Below are positions 58,191-64,000 of a DNA stretch of 64,000 nucleotides, one piece after another. The notes beneath the pieces were generated by a model, which worked only from the letters and a program-made list of their open reading frames with translations, did not search any database and had not been told where the DNA came from. Position numbers and translations under genes: made by a program. Numbering within the stretch: position 1 is the stretch's first letter; every line of letters starts with the position of its first letter. Source of the stretch: Eledone cirrhosa (Eukaryota); assembly GCA_964016885.1 (NCBI GenBank), contig OZ024747.1, forward strand, positions 74,028,001 to 74,092,000, read 5' to 3'.

Positions 58191-58698
58191 TAGCTATCAC
58201 CGTATTTTTGACTAAAGGAATTTTAGCCTGATAATGGGGTTTAGAACCCTCAGATAAATGGAAAAAGATGAGTATTGACGTACACTCCCATGCACGTCAA
58301 TACTCATCTTTTTCCATTTATCTGAGGGTTCTAAACCCCATTATCAGGCTAAAATTCCTTTAGTCAAAAATACGGTGAAAGCTATTCTTTTTTCTAATTT
58401 CAAACCTGCTCACTGTTTCAAAACATACTTACTTGCCATTTAAACTCGCTAAGAATGTAACTTCTAATTTGAATAAAAAGGGATGGGTGATGTGTTGGTG
58501 TAATGGTAGGACAGTAGTCGAGATAACCAAAGTTTATGGGTTCGTCTCCCATGTACGTCAATATTCATCTTTTTTCCATTTATCTGGGGGTTCTAAACCC
58601 CATCATCAGGCTAAAATTCCTTTAGTCAAAAATACGGTGAAAGCTATTCTATTTTCTAATTTCAAACCTGCTCACTGTTTCAAAACATACTTACTTGC
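58191..58698 (+). mobile_element. Mini-element: inverted arm plus 1.6 tandem copies of a ~261-bp unit
   Basis: Palindrome at 58191-58384. 58285-58436 is repeated at 58546-58698. Flanks are (TA)n. Confidence 0.85.
58489..58560 (+). tRNA. tRNA-like cloverleaf (degenerate, isotype unassignable)
   Basis: 72 nt. Acceptor GATGTGT/GTACGTC+A, A-box TGGTGTAATGG, T-arm ATGGG-TTCGTCT-CCCAT, T6 run 10 nt downstream. The anticodon stem is mismatched. Confidence 0.5.
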
Positions 58699-58832
58699 GA
58701 TATATATATATATATACACACGCATGTTTCCCTTTTCTAAACGTATGCTTTCTTCAGCTGTCTGAAATACCTTTACACCTGGTGTTATGTGTGTGTGTGT
58801 GTACACACACATATTTATATATATATAGATAT

Positions 58833-60212
58833 ATTTCTTTTATTTGCCACTAGGGCATCAAAAGTGGGACAAGTACAAAGGGGGGAGTTTACACAAAAAG
58901 GCGTCCTCAATAAGGAGGAGGCAATAACAAAATATAAAAATAAAATAAGATATAACAAAAAATAAAATTTTTAACAAAATCCTCAATAGAGAGGAGGCGC
59001 CTTGGGGGGTCGCACACACCCCCGAAAAAAGTGTGCAACCCTTCTCCTCAGGAGCACAGAGAAGGGGTGCTCCCTTGGTCTTTCATCTTCCTCACCTATA
59101 GTCTGATGTAGAGTGAAGGCCCATTCACACGGGCCATTCTCGCCACTTTCACCCATCTTTCATAGAAACGGCTGGGGTGCAGCACCTCTCTCTCCATCCT
59201 GATCCTTCTTCCGAAATGATATCGGAAGAAACGGACCAGTTGTTGGCCAGAGAGAAAGGTGCCCGACCTCAGTCCTTTCAGACGCGTCCACCATACAACC
59301 TCTTTCGCCATGGCTATTACGCACAGAAACACCGCCTCTGCTTCATCTTTGAAGGGGGGAGGCGGCTTGATCATTACAATAGACTCGGTGGTCAACCGGA
59401 TCGGTCCCACCCTTGACAGCAGTTGTTCGACATAGCCCCACAGATCGGCTACGCCCGAGCAGTGTACTAATGCGTGTGCAACGGTTTCCTCGTCGCACAC
59501 GCATCTGGGACAGATCTTTTTGGCGGGGTCCCTACCCGGGCGCCCGTGTCTGTAGAGCCTTTCTCGAACGGGTAAAGCCCCTCGGTAGCACTGCCAGGCC
59601 AGGGACTTCTGGAAGTTGTCCATAGGTCCCGGGCTGAATGTCCTACCGAAAAGGCTGGCCAGTTCGTCCTCCTCCATGTCTAGGGCTTCTCCGAGGGCGT
59701 CGTCGCACCTGCTGCGTACCAGCCCTCTATAGAATGTTGCGGTGGAGTCTCCACTGATAACCGGATCCGCCTGCCAGAGGGCGGTGAGCGCCTGGGCACA
59801 CTCAGTGTGCCAGGCGCCCAGTTTTCTCGGTCTTTGCTTGACCCAGGATTGCAGCTCGGTGAGTGAGACGAGTCTGGGAAAGGTTCGTCTCACAAACGAG
59901 GCCCACACCGGTTGTCCGGTGAGGAATACGTAGAGGTGCCGTAGCCTTAATGCGTGTTTACGCATCATTAGCCACGGCATCCCCAGCCCTCCTTTCGAAG
60001 GGTGTTGACAGCAGATGGATCTCCTCACCATAGGAGCCCGCCTCTTCCAAAGGAATTGGAAGAGCGCGCGCTCCATCTTGGTGAGGGTTTCCCTTGGGCA
60101 GGGCACTACGGTCAGGCGGTAGTAGATGACGGACGCTATGTAGGTGTTCGCCACCTCCGCCCGACCTTTCAGGGATAGTTTGCAACTGGCCCACTTCTGG
60201 GTCAGTGCAAAC
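58833..60212 (-). mobile_element. 5'-truncated Tx1/L1-clade LINE (ORF2 C-terminus plus 3' UTR)
   Basis: ORF 59096-60214 contains LSLKGRAEVAN, KGGLG, and the CPRC..EETVAHALVHC zinc knuckle. The UTR ends AATAAAAGAAATAT in TA-rich sequence. Confidence 0.92.
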
Positions 60213-60214
60213 AC
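59096..60214 (-). CDS. LINE ORF2 C-terminal fragment (post-RT region and Cys-rich domain)
   Basis: 372 aa open frame with typical L1/Tx1 C-terminal motifs. The N-terminus is a truncation junction, not a real start. Confidence 0.85.
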   Translation of the reverse strand: MFALTQKWASCKLSLKGRAEVANTYIASVIYYRLTVVPCPRETLTKMERALFQFLWKRRAPMVRRSICCQHPSKGGLGMPWLMMRKHALRLRHLYVFLTGQPVWASFVRRTFPRLVSLTELQSWVKQRPRKLGAWHTECAQALTALWQADPVISGDSTATFYRGLVRSRCDDALGEALDMEEDELASLFGRTFSPGPMDNFQKSLAWQCYRGALPVRERLYRHGRPGRDPAKKICPRCVCDEETVAHALVHCSGVADLWGYVEQLLSRVGPIRLTTESIVMIKPPPPFKDEAEAVFLCVIAMAKEVVWWTRLKGLRSGTFLSGQQLVRFFRYHFGRRIRMEREVLHPSRFYERWVKVARMARVNGPSLYIRL

Positions 60215-60442
60215 TCTATCTATCTATCTATCTGGGATGGACACACGCGTATAACTTGCTGAGTAAGTTCTGTTTAAATTTCTATAGAAATTCTTGTCTG
60301 ATAACTTTAATTTTTGTACCATTTTGTAGAGGGACTGCCAGGTCAAACTTTGATCTGGTCAGTCTCTCAAAATATTCTACGCCTTTAGGCGAAATAGTTA
60401 AAAAAAAAGTTTTTTCTTGTTGAAAAGTCAATATTTTTTTAA

Positions 60443-62224
60443 ATGGCCGAAGCTTCTTCACCAAAATTCGAAGGAGGAAAGGGGAAGATGAACTTACAGC
60501 TTCCCCCTGCCACTGTCACAGTAGCAGAGGTCAAGAAGATAGGTCAGCCAGAGGAAGAATTCTCTCCACCTGTTAACCGACAACTTGACGTTACCATGGC
60601 AACAACCCAAAGAACCAACAGCAACAACAACAACAATGCGACGGTAGAAAACAACACCAATAACAATAACAATAACAACAACAAGACCAATAACGGTGAC
60701 AACAACAACAATGATAACAACAACACCACCAACGACAACAACAACACAAACAAACAAAATTTCTCCTTCGCCGAGACGACAAGGAAAACCCTCGACTATC
60801 TGCCAGTAGATATAACAAAAGCGAAGGAGCTACTGGCGGATGCGAAAAAATATATAGTGTACGGGGAAAATGGTTCATTCACAATCCATTCCCCCCCGGA
60901 ACTAAAAAGCCAGAGACTCCTAAACACGGTCATGTTTAGGACAATCTCGAACAAAAGTAAAAAACCAGCTCAACCATCACAGAGCGAGATAGAGCTGGTT
61001 TTAAAAGACGTCATGAAGGACATCACCTTCATTCAGAAGGATAGACTCTACGGGAGTCTATCCATTCTCATGAAGGACAGGGACACAGCAGTGAAACTGT
61101 CCATCAAACCAATCACATCCACCGCATACACCTTCTACCCTACGTACATGGGTAGAAGAACACAAAAAATAAAAATCCACACCATCCTGCCGATTATGGA
61201 CATATGGTGGGTTTTGACAGGTTTTCTGGACCTGGAGGATGACATGCTGGTGTCCATGGGAAAGGCATCGGGTGACGCGTTCAGTGGAACGAGCCTCGAA
61301 CTTGTAGTTCAAATGAGGCCCGAAAGGATCGCCCAGATCCCTGAACGCGTCATACTGGATGATCTAACCTTCATCAACATTACCGTTGAGGGTAGACGGC
61401 CCTCGTGTTACCTCTGCGGAACCAGAGGTCACCTGAGGGCTGTCTGTCCCCAACTTAATAAGAAAACCCCAATCCTGCCCACACCACCAACAACTGCACA
61501 ACCAACACAATCACCACAACAACCACTACAAAAACAACCACCACAGCTCAAACCAAAACAAAACAATGTCCAACCCATCCCCTCCACTCAAAAAACAAAA
61601 ACAATTTCCAAAACACCCGTACCGCAAACACAACCCGAAAATATACCCCTCCCCTCCAACGCGGAAGATGACCCTAGTTCGTCGTCAGACGAGGAGGAGC
61701 ACTTCCACACAATCAAAAGAAAAAAAAGAAAACACACCTCAGACACACAAATGAAAAAAACCCCTCCCCAAAACATAACACTGACACCAACACAAAAGAG
61801 CTCACAACAGCAAACAAAAAACACCACACAAAAACAAAAACATGCATACACATACATAAATACAAGAAACAAAAAACTGTTAAACATTGTGTACAACAAC
61901 AATCTAATAAAAACACAAGGGCCTAACTTCACCCAGGCAGGGGATTTCCCCCACCTCAAAATGATTAAGGCCCCACAGGACACCTATAAAACTTTAAAAA
62001 ACAATTTTAAAGAGGACGTGGGTCCCCCCTGCGTCGGGCCCATTAACCGAGTCCTCCTAAAAAACTATCCCACCCCCTCCCCAAACACCCTCACAACTCC
62101 AAGCTCCCCAACCACACAACACACTGATGCCCCCACACTTCCACAAACCACCACCCCACCCAACAACCCATCCCCCACCCTAATGGAAATTGTGCAGCCC
62201 GATACCCGGGACGCAGAGAGGTAA
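60443..62224 (+). CDS. Tx1/L1-clade LINE ORF1 (gag-like nucleic-acid-binding protein)
   Basis: 593 aa with a CCHC knuckle (CYLCGTRGHLRAVC), poly-Asn, Pro/Gln/Thr-rich tracts and basic KRKKRK. It lies 24 nt upstream of ORF2. Confidence 0.9.
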   Translation: MAEASSPKFEGGKGKMNLQLPPATVTVAEVKKIGQPEEEFSPPVNRQLDVTMATTQRTNSNNNNNATVENNTNNNNNNNNKTNNGDNNNNDNNNTTNDNNNTNKQNFSFAETTRKTLDYLPVDITKAKELLADAKKYIVYGENGSFTIHSPPELKSQRLLNTVMFRTISNKSKKPAQPSQSEIELVLKDVMKDITFIQKDRLYGSLSILMKDRDTAVKLSIKPITSTAYTFYPTYMGRRTQKIKIHTILPIMDIWWVLTGFLDLEDDMLVSMGKASGDAFSGTSLELVVQMRPERIAQIPERVILDDLTFINITVEGRRPSCYLCGTRGHLRAVCPQLNKKTPILPTPPTTAQPTQSPQQPLQKQPPQLKPKQNNVQPIPSTQKTKTISKTPVPQTQPENIPLPSNAEDDPSSSSDEEEHFHTIKRKKRKHTSDTQMKKTPPQNITLTPTQKSSQQQTKNTTQKQKHAYTYINTRNKKLLNIVYNNNLIKTQGPNFTQAGDFPHLKMIKAPQDTYKTLKNNFKEDVGPPCVGPINRVLLKNYPTPSPNTLTTPSSPTTQHTDAPTLPQTTTPPNNPSPTLMEIVQPDTRDAER

Positions 62225-62248
62225 GTGCCTTTTCTCTTCACCACCAAC

Positions 62249-64000
62249 ATGGCTATGCTAAGAGTAGGCTGTTTAAATGCGCGTGGCCTGGGCTCAACTT
62301 GGAAGCAAGCAATGCTTCTAAATGACCTCAGGTCACAACGTATAGATGTGATGGTTATTTGCGAGGCCCGGATCAGCAACGTGCGACAGCTGGCCCCCAC
62401 CTTTGATGACTTTGAGATGCACGCATCTCTCTGTCAGCCTGGAGGTGGGGGTGGAGTTGTCGTTCTGCTGCAAAAACATCTGGGTCTCGCAACACAGATG
62501 GTACATTTGGACCCGGAGGGTCGACTAGTGGTTCTGGACCTTGGCAGTGGTAAAGGCGGAGCGTTTAGGTTGGTAGCCGCCTACGGCCCTTTCGGGTCAA
62601 TGCGGCCGGACTTCTTCCATCGTCTGGAGACTTTTCTAGGGACGTCCCGCTCCTTGCTATTAGTGGGGGACTGGAATGGTATCCTAGATGCACGCTGGGA
62701 CTACGTAGGGGCCTGCCCCGATAGAGAGGGGTGTAATAGCCTCAAAGGGTTAATCGGTCGATTTGACCTGGCCGATAGATATCGACTAGATTTTCCGACT
62801 GCGCCAACCTGGACTTGGGCAAATCGTAGCGGATCATCTAGGTCGTACCTAGATAGGTTCTTAGTTAGAATTAAGGATAAGGACTTTTTAAGTTGTCCAA
62901 AAATGCGCATTGTTGGCTATTCAGACCACAAATTAGTGACCTGCATGGTCAACCTTGACAGAACTCATAGACAGGGCCCCGGTTACTGGAAGCTCAACTT
63001 GTCCTTGCCGGCAAGTAGAGCCTACAGGAATCGGATTAGTACGTTAGTTAAGGAACGGTTGACTGGAGCGATCGTCAACAGCAGGTGGTGGGTATCTCTA
63101 AAGAGAGAGATTAGAGTAGTCTCGATAGAATTTAGTAAGGTTCTAGCTGCGGATAGGAATAGGAAGGAAAGGGAGCTAATAGATAGAGTAGAAGAGGCAA
63201 TTAGAAGCGGCGACGTGGCCAGAGTGCTAGCGTCGAGAACGGCTTTGAGCCAGTTTTTCGACGCGAAGCACGAAGGCTGCGTTGTCCGAAGTAAAATACG
63301 TGCTCTAGGGAACGAGGGGACCAAAGCTGTTAGCTGGGCCCGCGTGACAGAGGCCAACAGTGGAACTAAATCCACCATCCGGTCTTTGCGAGACCTGGAT
63401 GGACGGGCGATTCTTGAGCCTAAGCAGATGTGTGAGGCCTTTCAAAGGCACTTTGCCCGACTGTTCGGGAGGGGCGGGGAGCCGGTTGGGAACGTGGACT
63501 TCGGTCCATACCTCGACGGCCTGCCGCGCCTCTCGGACAGGGAGGCGAAGTCCTGCGAGGAGCCGATTTCGGCCGCTGAGATAGAGGACGTGCTGAGCCA
63601 ATGCGGCAAACGCAAATCCCCGGGTCTCGATGGTCTTCCTTACGAATTATATCTAGCTATGCCGGACTTGTTCCCCGATCTCCTCGAGGCGGTCTACTGC
63701 AACTGGCAACAGAACGGGAGAATTCCCTGTACTGTGACCAAGGGCGTAGTCACGCTAGTGAGGAAGGACGAGAACAAGGGGGACGAAATAAGTAACTTCA
63801 GGCCCATAACACTGCTAAATACAGAGTTACAGATTTTGGCCAAGGTGCTAGCAAAGAGGTTGGCGCTTGTCGTGGGCAACCTGGTGGGAGATGCGCAGAC
63901 ATGCGCTATCCCGTCCAGGTCCATCCATGACAACCTCCACCTCATGCGATACATCATAGAGAGGGTTGGGAACGAACCCGGCTTTGGTGGGGCTCTGATC
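62249..64000 (+). CDS. Tx1/L1-clade LINE ORF2 (APE endonuclease plus start of RT), runs off the window
   Basis: MAMLRVGCLNARGL, GDWN, YLDRF and SDH (APE), then KSPGLDG and NFRPITLLN (RT). It is absent from the ORF track, consistent with no stop in the window. Confidence 0.95.
   Translation, partial: MAMLRVGCLNARGLGSTWKQAMLLNDLRSQRIDVMVICEARISNVRQLAPTFDDFEMHASLCQPGGGGGVVVLLQKHLGLATQMVHLDPEGRLVVLDLGSGKGGAFRLVAAYGPFGSMRPDFFHRLETFLGTSRSLLLVGDWNGILDARWDYVGACPDREGCNSLKGLIGRFDLADRYRLDFPTAPTWTWANRSGSSRSYLDRFLVRIKDKDFLSCPKMRIVGYSDHKLVTCMVNLDRTHRQGPGYWKLNLSLPASRAYRNRISTLVKERLTGAIVNSRWWVSLKREIRVVSIEFSKVLAADRNRKERELIDRVEEAIRSGDVARVLASRTALSQFFDAKHEGCVVRSKIRALGNEGTKAVSWARVTEANSGTKSTIRSLRDLDGRAILEPKQMCEAFQRHFARLFGRGGEPVGNVDFGPYLDGLPRLSDREAKSCEEPISAAEIEDVLSQCGKRKSPGLDGLPYELYLAMPDLFPDLLEAVYCNWQQNGRIPCTVTKGVVTLVRKDENKGDEISNFRPITLLNTELQILAKVLAKRLALVVGNLVGDAQTCAIPSRSIHDNLHLMRYIIERVGNEPGFGGALI

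Noticed and set aside
58577-58636. Minus-strand CTGATGA followed by a GGGGTT/AACCCC hairpin
   Set aside because: No GAAA follows the hairpin, and the neighbouring stem pairs better on the plus strand.
59039-59073. HDV-like ribozyme
   Set aside because: There is no room for P3/L3 or P1.1, so the topology fits only a simple H-type pseudoknot.

Overview
AT-rich, microsatellite-dense eukaryotic DNA with no recognisable host gene. The tRNA/CORE-type SINEs and the (TA)n/(CA)n/(GA)n density suggest a cephalopod such as Octopus; this is inference. Real coding content is all retroelement. It comprises a 5'-truncated Penelope-like element (PLE; RT + GIY-YIG, 1905-3791), three more PLE GIY-YIG remnants, a young Tx1/L1-clade LINE (ORF1 60443-62224, ORF2 from 62249 off the window end), a head-to-head 3' fragment of such a LINE, and an eroded LINE. 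The most striking unexplained structure is a set of small non-coding elements embedded in (TA)n tracts. They carry minimal type-I hammerhead ribozymes (CTGAnGA..GAAA..palindromic stem III..UH; about 15 complete or near-complete motifs from roughly 8 sequence families). Most share one architecture: inverted arm, fold-back at or near the ribozyme, arm, unpaired 3' tail. Four of the tails share a RYATTGAGTWC motif about 55 nt from the end. The set includes a 554-nt circularly permuted ribozyme monomer (51.4-52.4 kb) and a 261-nt unit containing a tRNA-like cloverleaf (58.2-58.7 kb). Almost all other ORFs in the track are microsatellite translations. All structures were folded and compared by eye.
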